The notes under the pieces were generated by a model. The model saw only the letters and a list, made by a program, of their open reading frames with translations. It did no database searches and was not told where the DNA came from. Source: Takakia lepidozioides (Eukaryota; Plantae; Bryophyta). From it: a stretch of 64,000 nt of DNA. A program made the position numbers and the translations under genes. The DNA lies in contig CM060733.1 of assembly GCA_030704615.1 (NCBI GenBank), forward strand, positions 25,482,001 through 25,546,000, read 5' to 3'. Positions 23,701 through 42,903 of this stretch are shown in pieces; positions within the stretch are counted from its first letter, which is position 1; each line of letters starts with the position of its first letter.

Positions 23701-26700
23701 ATTGGACAAAATCGAAAAAACAAGAGAGAGGAAACAAAACCAGAGCCAAAAAACAGCCCAAAAGCAACTACTGCTCAAGGGATTGGCTAAGGGTCAAGGT
23801 CTCGTGCAGGTAGCTGCCAAGCATTTCTGATCCTCATAGTGGAAGACTTCAGTGAGATTGTACTCATAAGACGTTGTTTGCCATAGCCTTGTGGCCATTG
23901 ACCCCGCGCCCAGTTTGAGCGGGAACAAAAGGGACAGAACCTACCTCTGTCAGGGGCTGACGTTGGTAGTAAGACTTACCTTCATATAAAGAATTAATCC
24001 GGGTTTTCCAGATATCCTCTAGAAATCCCTTCACACAAGCATCAATCTGCTGTGTGTGATTTGCCCAAAAACTAGGCCTCAGGAGGGCCTGGGCTTTTGG
24101 CTCAGCCTCGAGACTTTCAAAGTTGGTAAACAGGAGTACAGGCACAATTCCCTTGACAGAATTGAAGAGAGCGTCTCTTTGGTGAGAGAACCCGGACAGT
24201 GTATCAGAAAATGAATACTGCCTTCCGATTGCCCACACAACGGGCAATTGCACTCTCCCTTTCCTCTCTGCTTCTGTTTGCTGTTCAAAGGTAGGCTTCC
24301 TGCCCTGAGTTTAAATTTCAGTCTAGTGCTGAGAGTGGGTAGACCCTTGAGGTCATCCAAGATGTCCTCCCCCATGTCACTGACTGGAAACAAGTTCAGG
24401 GAAGTTTTCTGCCTAACTTCATTTTCATCAGACAATCTCATGGCAACAGACATGGCTTCGGATACTACAACCTCTAAGTCAGATTTATCCAGCGGGTTCA
24501 AGACTTGCGGATCCAGGTCCAGGTCCTTGAGAATCTCTTCTACTCTCTTCTGCCAGGACTTAGCCTGTTTGACAGGGTGGTCCTGTTTCCAAGATATAGA
24601 GTCGATTAACTTAGGATATCTGGTGTTGGGCATATGTTGCAGCTGACCCCACCATCTGACCTTGAATTCATCTCGTCGGGAGCTTAAGGACGGAATGCCA
24701 AACTCACCCCGAACAGCCACATTGGCTGTTTTGGAGCATGCTGACATACACTCCTTAAGCACCCCCACTTGAATGGATTCTAGAGACTTAGCCTGGTTGG
24801 AGGTATCAACCCATATAGCAGATCCGTACTCCAAGGCAGGTCTAATAACGCGACAAAGCATGGTTTTCTTAACCTCAGAGTTGACCCCTCTGCAGTGGAA
24901 AAATTTAGTGAGCCCCAGAGCTTTGCCCTTGCCAGTTTGAACAACTTTCCGGATATGTGCATCCCAATTACAATTGGAGGAAAACTCAACAGCCAGGTAA
25001 GTGTAGGAAGGGAGCACCGGGATCTCTTGGCTACCCCACTGCCACTTAAGATCACTTCCTCCCTCTCCTCTGTCGTTGAATGCTACCACTGCACATTTGC
25101 TGACATTAGCCTCTAGCCCCCAAAGATCAAAGTATCTCTTCGCGCAATCAATCAACTCCTGGAGATTGGTTGGAGTCTCCCCTATGCCTGCGAAGTCATC
25201 CCCAAACATAAGGGCTGGCATGGTGGTATCACCCACCCTTAACCCAAATCCCTCACTTTCCACATCCTCGAGGAGTTGATTGATAAAAACATTGAAGAGC
25301 AGAGGGGAGAGAGTACATCCTTGAGCTACACCTTGGTCTATGTCAAAGAAGTTGGACTTCTGTCCGTTAACAGTGACACAGCTTTTGGTGTGAGCATACA
25401 AGTTGTGGACAACTCTCCACATCTTTCCCTTGATCCCACAAGACCAGAGGCGGAACCATAGGCATCTCTCCACACTGTGTCATAAGCCTTTTTGACATCC
25501 AGGAAATAAACGTAAGTGGGTTTCCCTTCTTTTTTCCTTCCCTGGATAATCTGGCTTAGAGTGAAGATCTGATCCACACAGCCCCTGTTTCGCCGAAAGC
25601 CAGCTTGGCCTTCGTGGAAACAACCTCTAGACTCCAGATCAACCTCGAGACGAGTACTTATAACTCTGCAGAATGTCTTGCCAACAGCATTGAGGAGCGT
25701 GATGCCACGGTAGTTCCCTGGTTCCTCTCTGTCATCCTTCTTGTATAGATTGACAATAACCCCCTGTCGCCAGCGAAAGGGGATCATTTCAGACTTCCAG
25801 ATAAGGTTAAAGAGGAGAACTAGGTATTCTATCATGGGATCGCCACCGTGCTTGATAAGCTCGTTGACAATACCATCAGGTCCACCAGCTTTATATCCAT
25901 TTAAATGTTCAATTGCTTCCACAATCTCAGAAGAACTAATGGGAGCGTTATAAGCCATTGAAATATACTCCAGTTCATCAGAAGACCCCTCACTGTTAGA
26001 CCTAGAAGTTCTGCCAAGGATACTGTAGTGATTTTCAAAGGTTTTGACAATGTCAACCGATGAAGTCACCACTGCACCTTTAGTAGTCTTCAGCGCTTGT
26101 ACTTGCTGACCGTTTTTAGGCTTGTACAAACGTTGAAGGGCAAAATAGTATTTCTTGTCATTACCACCATGGTGGTTTGAGTTTATTTCACTGTATAACT
26201 TGTCCCAGTATAATTTCTTCTGAGACCTAACAAGCTGATTGATATCTTTACGGAGCTGGTAGTACCTCGCCCACAATTCTCTGTTGGTTTTCAAATTGCA
26301 GCACTCTTTATAAAGGGCTCGGCTCTCAGCTATCTTGAGTTTGATCTCATTGGTCCACCAATTAACAGCTCTACCGCAGACAATTAGTTTCCTCCCAATG
26401 ATCTTGTCAGCCACGGAGGAAACGAAACTCTCCCAAGATCCACTGCTCTTTCAACTTCATTTCTTGCGTTGTCAGAGCGAGACTGAAGTTCTTGGAGCGA
26501 TTGGACAAAATGAGGGAGAGCCTCTTGCAAGGCCTGGACGTACTCAGCCTTGACCTCCTCATTATGGAATTTTTCTATGCGCCACTTCCGAATCGAACGT
26601 TGTGCTCTTCTGGCACAACACAACCTCATGACATTTGTGGTCTTCCTGTTTACTGCTCTCCAGGGTTGTTGCCGTCTTTTCATAATGGTTGGTTTCATGT

Positions 26701-29700
26701 CTTGGTGTTGGGAAAACACCGTTTGATCTCAGTCCAAACCAGGAAATGGTCAGAGGTACCAATATCAGTTCTGTCGATCAACACATTGGCACACTGGGGA
26801 AACAAATTTTTGTCCATTATGATATAGTCCACAATGGAACGTTCCCCAGTTTGGGATTCCTCATGAGTCCACTGCACTTGGTCACCTCTTCTCCTGTTAT
26901 TCAAGGTCAAAAGCTGAAGCTCTTCCAGACAGTTAATTAACCGTCTGCCATTAGAATTCAGCTCGTCCTCACCAAAAGGCCCAATGATATCATCCTGATG
27001 GAGCCCTTTGCCCACCCGGGCATTGAAGTCACCCAATAGCACTACCTGACCTTTGGCAAGGAACGAAGCACAGTCCAGCTTTACATCTTCGAAGGCTTTG
27101 TCTGCGTCAGCACTAAGGGTCCCCTCTGTGGGCATGTAAACACAACCCACAAAGAGGTCCTTCGTACTCATGCCACCCTTCAGATTCAGTTTTAGCCAGA
27201 TACTATGCTCGTACCTCAAACCCTTGTTGATAATTTCACAATTATCAAACAAGAAATCACGGACAAAGAATCCAACCCCTTTTTTACCGTGTTTGGCAGA
27301 GGCTGCCTTGAGAGTACACATCCTACCTGCCCATTTATAACCATTGACATCTCCAACCAGTTTATCCGACGTTTCCCATGTTTCTTGCCCAGCACAGATA
27401 TGAATATCATTAGTCCGAAGGACTTGTCCCACTTCGAGTTGTTTCCTTTGGTTAGTAAGCCCTGAGAAGTTGAAAGTGGCCAGCCGCAAGCCAGCCCTTT
27501 GCATGTGAATTGTTTGTCGTCTAGGTAGCTTGTGATTGCTCCTGGACGGCCAACCGTTCTGCAAAGGGGGGACAGTTACCCCATGTGTAGATTTTGCTCG
27601 TCTTGTGTAAACTTTGAGAATTGGTAAACCGTTCAGGGTACCAAATCCTTCAGTTACACGACGCACAGGCTCCGCACACTTAGGGGCATATTGTCCGTCA
27701 GACTGCTTAGGGACAATTACCCCGTGTATAGATTTTGCTCGTCTTGTGTAGACTTTGAGGATTGGTAAACCATTTAGAGTACCAAGTCCTTCAGTTACAC
27801 GACGTTCAGGCTCTGCACACTTAGGGACAGATTGTCCGTCTGACGGCTTGGGGGCAATTACCCTGTGTATAGAATTTGTTCGTCTTGTGTAAACCTTGAG
27901 GATTGGTAAACCATTCAAAGTACCAAATCCTTCAGATTCAGGATGTTCAGGTTCTGTACACTTAGGGGCAGCTTGTCCTTCTGGCTGTTTGGATTCAACC
28001 TCATCCAGAGCATCAAACCGATTAGAAACTCTCAAGTTGAAGTCCTTGCCCTTGGTTGTCTTCCTAGAGCGCCCCATTGAATCACCAATGTCTAAGACCG
28101 CTCTCCAGCCAGTCAAGGGACGAACTTCTTTGAGATTGAATTGATGTGGGACTCTATTAGAAGCACTTTTGGTCATTGCAACCTTCAACGTACCCCTGTT
28201 ATCAAGTCTCGAGATAGAACCATTAGCCATGAAATCCAAGCCTAAGCTAGAGCATGTAGTTTTAAAGGACACATCGTCCATCCTGGGATTCACCCCAAAA
28301 ACTACACATGAAGCCCTAGATTTGGCATAAGTAACCAATTCCCAGGAATCACCCTGGGGAGTGTTGATGTTGATAGGAGCTAAAGTTTTGATTGATCTCA
28401 CAGGCTATAAGTTTAAGCACAGGAACCAACCCGAGCCCAAGTGCCGAGTATGCTATACTGAGCATACGACTGCCCAATTTGGGCGGAGGGGCTGCCCCCA
28501 AGCGGTAGGGGTCCGCTTGTTACCATTCAGAGATCACACTCCAGGGAGTTGCAGGGAATGGCCCGTGTAGGCATATTCTAAAGAGGGAAAGGCCCCAAGC
28601 TTTCCAACTAAATCCAATGCACTACCTTACCTGGAGCAAAGCGCTTCAGGTCGAAACAAACAAGGACACGAGGTCACACGGCCGGCATTTAGTCACAGAG
28701 ACATTAATGTACTCCCGTATCAAGTCACCCAATGGCAATAGGCTTCCTAGAGGACAGGGAGAGAGACTTCAGTGAGAGATTGAGTTGCACGGAATAGACA
28801 GTGGAATCTCCCACAGATCTCATAATACAGAGGGCAACAAAAGAAGAAGTGTTCTTCAGTTTCAAAGAAACTGAAAGCGACGAAAGAAAGTCTAAAATGT
28901 ACTCATACATGTTGTTTGCCGTAGCCTTGTGGCCATTGACCCCGTGCTCAGTTTGAGCGGAACACAAAGGGACAGAAACTACCTTTGTTAGGGGCTGAAA
29001 CCGGTAGTATGACTTACCTTGGAACAGACAATTGATCTGAGTTTTCCAGATATCCTCCAGAAATCCCTTTACACAAGCATCAATCTGTTGTGTGTGGTTT
29101 GCCCAATAACTAGGCCCCAAAAGGGCCTGGGCTTTTGGCTCAGCCTCGAGATTTTCGAAGTTGGTAAACAGAAGTACAGGCACAATTCCCTTGATGGAAG
29201 AGGACGTCTCTCTGGTGAGAGTACCCAGGACAGTGAATCAGAGAGTGAATATTGTCTTCAGCTTGCCCACACAACGGGCATTTGCAATTCCCCTTTCCTC
29301 TCTGCTTCTGTTTGCTGTTCAAAGGTAGGCTTCCCACCCTGAGTTTAAATTTGAGTCTAGTGCCGAGGGTGGGTAAACCCTTGAGGTCATCCACGATGGC
29401 CTCTCCAATGCCACAGACTGGAAACAAGTTCAGGGAAGTTTTCTGCCTAACTTCATTTTCATCAGACAATTTCCTGGCAACAGACATGGCTTTAGACACT
29501 ACAGCCTCCAAGTCAGAATTATCCAGCAGGGTTTGTGGACTTAGATTCAGATCCTTGAGAATCTCTTCTACTCTGCTCCACCAGGACTTAGCCTGTTTGA
29601 CAGGGCAATCCTGCTTGGATGGTGGGTAAACCCTAAACTTAGCCTGGTTGGAGTTATCAAAGAAAAAGACAGAGAGAGAGTGTACTCATAAGACGTTCTT

Positions 29701-32573
29701 TGCCGTAGCCTTGTGGCCATTGACCCTGCGCCCAGTTTGAGCGGGAACAAAAGGAACAGAACCTACCTCTGTCAGGGGCTGACGTTGGTAGTAAGACTTA
29801 CCTTCATATAAAGAATTAATCCGGGTTTTCCAGATATCCTCTAGAAATTTCTTCACACAAGCATCAATCTGCTGTGTGTGATTTGCCCAAAAATTAGGCC
29901 TCAGGAGGGCCTGGGCTTTTGGCTCAGCCTCGAGACTTTCAAAGTTGGTAAACAGGGGTACAGGCACAATTCCCTTGATAGAGTTGAAAAGAGCGTCTCT
30001 TTGGTGAGAGAACCCCGGACAGTGTATCAGAAAGTGAATACTGTCTTCAGATTGCCCACACAACGGGCAATTGCACTCTCCCTTTCCTCTCTGCTTCTGT
30101 TTGCTGTTCAAAGGTAGGCTTCCTGCCCTGAGTTTAAATTTCAGTCTAGTGCCGAGAGTGGGTAGACCCTTGAGGTCATTCAAGATGTCCTCCCCCATGT
30201 CACTGACTGGAAACAAGTTCAGGGAAGTTTTCTGCCTAACTTCATTTTCATCAGACAATCTCATGGCAACAGACATGGCTTTGGACACTACAGCCTCTAA
30301 GTCAGATTTATCCAGCAGGGTCAAGACTTGCGGATCCAGGTCCAGGTCCTTGAGAATCTCTTCTACTCTCTTCTGCCAGGACTTGGCGGTCCTGTTTCCA
30401 AGATATAGAGTCGATTAACTTAGGATATCTGGTGTTGGGCATATGTTGCAGCTGACCCCACCATCTGACCTTGAATTCATCTCGTCGGGAGCTTAAGGCT
30501 GGAATGCCAAACTCACCCCGAACAGCCACATTGGCTGTTTTGGAGCATGCTGACATACACTCCTTAAGCACCCCCACTTGAATGGATTCTAGAGACTTAG
30601 CCTGGTTGGAGGTATCAACCCATATAGCAGATCCGTACTCCAAGGCAGGTCTAATAACGCGACAAAGCATGGTTTTCTTAACCTCAGAGTTATCAAAGAA
30701 AAAGACAGAGAGAGAGATTGTACTCATAAGACGTTGTTTGCCGTAGCCTTGTGGCCATCGATCCCGCGCCCAGTTTGAGCGGAACACAAAGGGACAGAAC
30801 CTACCTTTGCATGTACGACAAAAGGAGTCATGGCATATGCTTTACAGTGCCCTACTAGTGCTTTCATCCTGAGAGAACTAGCATGAGGATTGGTTTAATG
30901 TGCATATGACTGTGCACAAATAAGCTTGCAAGAAATTTTGAGCCCGACCATTAATGAACTTGGTGCTGCTCCATCCTTGCAGAGAAAGGAAAATAAGAAA
31001 TTTTTTGTTGTCATTCATTGATGCATAAGAACACTTGATCCAGCAATCCAGCAATGGTGGAGTACTACCTTCATTGCTCTTAACCTTCACTTCTTGTGGA
31101 TCTGGTGAAGGGGCCTCTGCCTGAATCTTCATAGGGCCAGAGCACTTGTTGGCAGCCTTGTTGAGGCTTGACCATATTCTCAAGTGAATTCCTGACAAGA
31201 ACCAGTACTTCAGCTTCTGCCAGACTTGCTCCTTCTTTGTCTTCCTTGCCTTTGTTGCCCTCAACCAGCACCCATGCACTTGCTTGCTCCAATCCAAAAT
31301 GTTACTATAAGTTGATACAAGGGATCCCTACAATATGCATAGGCAATGCAGGAATTTAGTCTCTCATGTTGTTTGCTTGGTTGTTACCCAGCATTGTAAG
31401 GGCATGGATATGAAACAAGTTGCTGTAGTTTCGTCATATGGATGTCTTCTTAAGCTAAGTGACCACTCCAACCACGTAACAAGCTTGGATCAAACTGAAA
31501 GAATGCAGAGGCCACATTGGATCCATCTCCAACCAACAGTTATAAGGCCTTCCTGCAGTGAGCTCTGCAGCAAGCATCCAGGCCAACTATGAGGTGCACC
31601 TGGTTCTGTTAAGGTTGGCTAGTATTTTCAGTCACCAAATAGTACTGTGGCAAAGCTAAGCGTCCACATAGATCATCCATCATAGGCCCGACTTTCAAAA
31701 AGGCTGGAAGGAAGTGTAGCTGGTGCAACCTCGATGGTTTGATTGATGCCCATTCACTTGCTTCCTTGCCCTTGCTTAGCTCCCAAGTGTCAAAAAGCTT
31801 GTATGTACGTGAAACTGATACCGGTTGCTTGATAAATATTATTTATGAATGACTGACTGCCATAAACTTCTTCGGTCAAGAGATTATAAGTGCAACTCGG
31901 GCAAAGGGCTGAGAGCGTTCATGTATTTCAGTGTTCTACCATGTCAATGTTGCCCCATCCCACACACATTCAAGGCTCCGAGGAGTCCAACGTGATTGAT
32001 GGTGCACTAGCATCTGACAGATGTATGCGCTATGAGATTCAGCCTGCTTCCATTGTAGCTCAGGTCTCATCCTCAAACATTCTTATTCTCAGTTCTCAGT
32101 ATTAACGCTCTCAGCAACAGTTCAGAGATCTAACGGTCACCGATATGAAGGCTCTACTTACAGGTATGGGTTCTTATACAGCCTATTTGAAAATCCTAGA
32201 ACAGTGATTAAGCAAGGTAAGAATCCTAGGTGTCAAATTCACCACCAAGTTACTTGCAGTAAACGTTTGAGGAGAACCTTACTGAGCAAGAGGACGGAGA
32301 TATTTCGACAAATTTACAATGTGAGCTCCCTTGTCGAAACTTCGGAGACAGCCAAATTTGAGAGTACCGTTTTGGGGTGGACGACACTGACAATGATGTA
32401 CAAGACGTTGAAGATCGAAGGAGGCAATTCTGTGCGGTGAAACTGGAAGATCCAGCTGCATCAATTGTGAAAATGTCCAAATGAGCCAGAGCAGGTAATG
32501 TGTCTGATCGGTAACACGAAGGTAGGCATGTCGACGAATTGCTATACAGCGATGGGGTAAGATACACCACCAT
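17771..32573 (-). CDS. G6PD4: Plastid-type glucose-6-phosphate dehydrogenase, G6PD4 (P0) clade; multi-exon
   Basis: Approximate exons: 32573-32254 and 31304-31069 (Ser-rich transit-like, phase-compatible but tentative), 22821-22592 ([16 protein letters not shown]), ~22165-22070, ~21660-21588, ~21090-20894 (IVEKPFG), ~20636-20529 (IDHHLGKE), ~20394-20355, ~19803-19683 (DIVQSHILQ), ~19515-19280, ~18395-18195, 18011-17771 ([14 protein letters not shown]). Confidence 0.88.
22905..23655 (-). mobile_element. Cluster of short LINE family A fragments (endonuclease piece plus about five 3' termini)
   Basis: [11 protein letters not shown]...VVLLGD matches the LINE endonuclease; 3'-end motifs at ~23109, 23193, 23256, 23478 and 23620, most preceded by GA-rich tails. 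Confidence 0.85.
23858..28763 (-). mobile_element. Full-length, frameshifted LINE family A (APE endonuclease + RT + C-terminal Cys/His motif) with 14-bp TSD
   Basis: TSD AGACTTCAGTGAGA at 23844-23857 and 28764-28777. Endonuclease: [29 protein letters not shown]: [40 protein letters not shown]...HFLIHCP. Frameshifts near 26720, 26400, 25470 and 24190. Confidence 0.95.
27570..27980 (-). repeat. Three 141-bp (47 aa) in-frame tandem repeats in the LINE N-terminal region
   Basis: TCTTGTGTA anchors at 27601, 27742 and 27883; PKC.EP....[17 protein letters not shown] three times. Confidence 0.95.
28764..28875 (-). mobile_element. LINE family B 3' fragment, split by the family A insertion (other half ~23720-23857)
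   Basis: [24 protein letters not shown]; the joined halves are colinear with 34460-34640. Confidence 0.8.
28898..29660 (-). mobile_element. Older 5'-truncated LINE family A copy
   Basis: Diverged match to 23858-24600 with an internal deletion. Confidence 0.9.
29681..30686 (-). mobile_element. 5'-truncated LINE family A copy with 30-bp TSD
   Basis: GAGTTATCAAAGAAAAAGACAGAGAGAGAG at 29651-29680 and 30687-30716. Confidence 0.92.
30717..30810 (-). mobile_element. LINE family A 3' terminus
   Basis: Matches the last ~90 bp of the family. Confidence 0.85.
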
Positions 32574-33211
32574 GGCAGCCAAATTGACAAACTACGACAG
32601 AGAGCAAGAAAAGACCATGTAGGCTGGAATAAAGCACAATGAAGAAATTCGGACGATCTTACGAGATTCGAGGGAGGAACAAAACGACGAAGGGACGAAA
32701 TTACAAGAAACAACAGATATTACATCTTCTTCAAGAGACGAAACGATGGGGAATTCACAAGGTGTGGAACGGAGACAGAACAAACGAATATACAACGCTT
32801 GAAATCGAATAAAGAGAACAGCGTGCTATTGGCGTGAGAAACAAAGCAGAATTGAGTGCGATTGGGTGACAAATGCCGACCCGATCATGAGCCTGCAGCA
32901 TCAGGACAGATTCTGTGCTATCGCTCCGCTGACTCAGCTCATCGCTGTTGCTCTAGGGTTTGCCAGGTTGCACAAAACCCCGCAACGCCTAACGAAAATG
33001 AAGCATTACACAATCCCATAACGGTATCTCACTAACGGAAACTTCGACGACAACTATCGACGCGTCAGTTCTCTCGTTTTTCTTCCCGCCAGAACTCCCT
33101 CTCTCTCATTTCTCGAGTGCTCACAATTTCCACTCGCCGGTTGATTGTTAGCAGCAAGCTGACATGAAGGCGTTTCCTCTCTGAAGTCTCACCAAGAATA
33201 AGGAAGCAAAG
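32574..33211. promoter_or_regulatory. Divergent intergenic region between G6PD4 and MCM7 with a telo-box and an E2F-like site
   Basis: TAGGGTTT at 32954-32961; TTCCCGCC at 33083-33090; ~640 bp between the inferred ATGs. Confidence 0.4.
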
Positions 33212-40047
<6,836 letters not shown>

Positions 40048-40745
40048 TACTTCAGTTAGTTTTGGCCTCTGTAAATAGAAACAAGTCATATTTATGTGGC
40101 ACAAACTCACAGACAATGGCATTATTGTCATGTTACGCATCCGATTAGTATGAAAAAAGTGCTAACTACCCTTATCTGAATTTGGCTAGCAGTGCCAGGG
40201 GTGGTTCTTTTCTCATTAGATTTGAAGAACAGGAGGACCTGATTGACAATGCTCGCACACCACCATTTCTATTTGACACAGACTACGGCAAACAATGTAT
40301 TGAGTACCTTCTACTTGACACTAGGACCCGTAACACCTGTACTCATGGCCAATATAGGTGACTTCAAGCCATTCATATATGCAAAGGGCAATGAATTGCT
40401 GCCTCAGTTTATATCAGTAAAGCTCAGAACCATATGGAGCCTGGGATGTCATACAATTAGTGGAGATTAATCAAGCTACGCCGGAGGCCTGCCTGCAGCT
40501 ACTTGCTATAGTCTTAAAGGTTGTACTGCAGCTCTATCCAAATCCTTCCAAGTTCAGTTTGCATTGTGTGGACAAGTGTCATGTAGGCATGCAGCGATTC
40601 TTAGAAGACACTGTGGGAGTGATGTTAGTGTCAGTTCATACTAAGGATTACTAAGAACCAGTTGGTGATGGGAGCATAAAGCAACTACCAAGCTCCTGAG
40701 TGTTCTGTTGGATGTGTGTGAAGTCTAGACACCAGAGCTTCTATC

Positions 40746-42903
40746 TTATACATGTCTTGATATGTTGTCAAGGTACTTGCTGGCCAACCTCCCATTGGCA
40801 CCCTCAGGATAGAACAAGCTTGGTATAGAAGCATCGCCAGTTCCATAGAGCACTTGCAGCACCTGTGTGATGGCACTTTGGTTAGCTCTTCCTTCAGCAA
40901 TGCTGTGTCTTGTCTATGTAACTTTTTGTATCCGCCTGAAACTTGGCTAGATGAGAAAGCCCAAAAGCTCATTTCAAACTAACCTCTTGGACTGTAAATC
41001 TGTATTGCTGATGATCGAGCTGGGTCCTCTATCTAGTGTCCAGCGAACATGTACACAAATCTGTCATTAGAATCTGGAGGTACATGTTCGAGACTCAGAG
41101 ATCCCACCAGTTGAATTATGCTCTGCGTAGTTCTTGTAACATCATTAGGATTACCTGCTGAGGTGTACGGCCAACTGACAAGGAGTTGCTGTCTGCCGAG
41201 ATAATGTTGCCATTAAGCAGTCTCTCTGGACTGTCAGAGCTGGGCACCACCACGCCTTCATCAAGAGTGTGAGGGTGATTTCTAGGCTTGCTCCCTCCAT
41301 TATCCAGGAAGGCTCGCAGGGCTGACAACTTGGAGGTGAAATCAGAAACGGTGTGGTTGTACTCTCCTACCAGGTGGAGCCTGCGCTGATATAGGATTGT
41401 GCGGATGGCAGCATCCTGGGCAGCTTTTACGCCTACCAACCCTGCCAATAGCTGCATGTGCTGACCCACATATTAATCAAAAAGTCCGAATCTGATATGT
41501 ACCCTCTATAAAGAGGGCTTCAAAATCTTATGAATCTGCCATATTTTAGAATTTTGTTTGCAACAGGAGTCTGAATCTGTCTCACAATACATCTTTTTTA
41601 ACACAGTCAGTGAAATCATTTACTTCGTACCTGTCTGGCTCCCCTTCCCACAAGTTTTTCGTCGAAACTGATATATGCTGTGAAGCTCACGTATGGCAAC
41701 ATGTAGGCGGCCAAGAGAAAGTGGGTCCCTGAGTGATAGGGGCTAAAGGGTGGGTGCAGATGCCTGCCAAATGCTTCGTTAAACAGCTTAGCCCACACAT
41801 GTTTGCTTATATCTATCTGTGGCCTTGGGATTGCCTTGTCCTTCAGCTTGGACTGAATTTCCCTACAGGTGCAGATTCCCAGTCCACATGATGGTGAGGA
41901 TGGCTTGGATTTATAGAGGCAGTGTAGTGTGAGAAATTTGTGCAAGTGCAGTTCTGTACTAGCAGATTTTCCTGTTCTGAGTAGCATGACAACATTTGGT
42001 ACTGACATTTATGTGCAGGAACATCATCTTTCATATTGATGTCCATTTACATTGTATTTAGTTTCTGGGACTATGCAATGTTGACTTCTACAGATCTCAG
42101 TGCCCGTGGACAAAAGCATTGGAAAGACAGGGTTGATCATGCAGAGACCAAGAAAAATCCTTCGAGCTCATCAAGTTATGGAGGTTTTTTTCAGACTGGG
42201 TGCGTAGCAGTTCTTTGACATTTTGTGACTTGTCACCAAGAAATTTCAACCTCTAGACATGTTTTATGAAGAAAGGAAACCTGATGTGTCCAAGGTCCTG
42301 AAGCCCTATCTCCTTTGCAATGTGTTCTGAAAGCCTTCCCAGCGTAGCCTTCTGCCCCCCCATCGGTGCAGGGCCACTCACATTAAGTGAAGTGTTATTG
42401 AAAGCGTCCAGACCATACCCATATCCTGCATACAGGAAGAAGTCTGCCTCCAGATACTCCAGATTTAGAGCTAGATTTAAGAGTTCAATGTCGGTTTGTG
42501 TGAAAGCGGGCTTTTTGCCAGCGTGTGGTCGATGATGATGGGCCTTCATCCCATGCTTGCCTCGCTTGTGACAAATGTAGCCAGACGACATAAGAACCTC
42601 ACTGTCTTCAAGCTCCGGATTGTTTACTTGGTTGTGAGCCGATGTATCATCATGGAGGGTGTCGAGGTCTTGGGACGGTCTGTAGGGCGGTTGCGGATTG
42701 TCATACCGAGGGATCATGGAGCTAGGCAACTGTTCCGAGAGTGTGGGGTTCACAGGCAATGGCTCGTCTAAACTCCTACGTGTTGACATGTAGTGCGAAG
42801 CATCTGAGGCAGTCGTAGGAGTGAGGAGCAACATGACTGCCGGGAGAAACTGCAGCAGTGATGAGAGCCTTTCATGGGTGCTCCTCTTCTGACACTGTGC
42901 CAT
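40746..42903 (-). CDS. Desiccation-related PCC13-62-like secreted protein (ferritin-like fold); 4 exons
   Basis: Approximate exons 42903-42281 (signal-like N-terminus, LNLEYLEADFF), 41865-41631 (PRPQIDIS, PFSPY, FLLAAYMLPYV), 41452-41155 (AQDAAIRTILY, RTPQQ), 40862-40746 (VLYGTGDASIPSLFYPEGANG). Confidence 0.9.
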
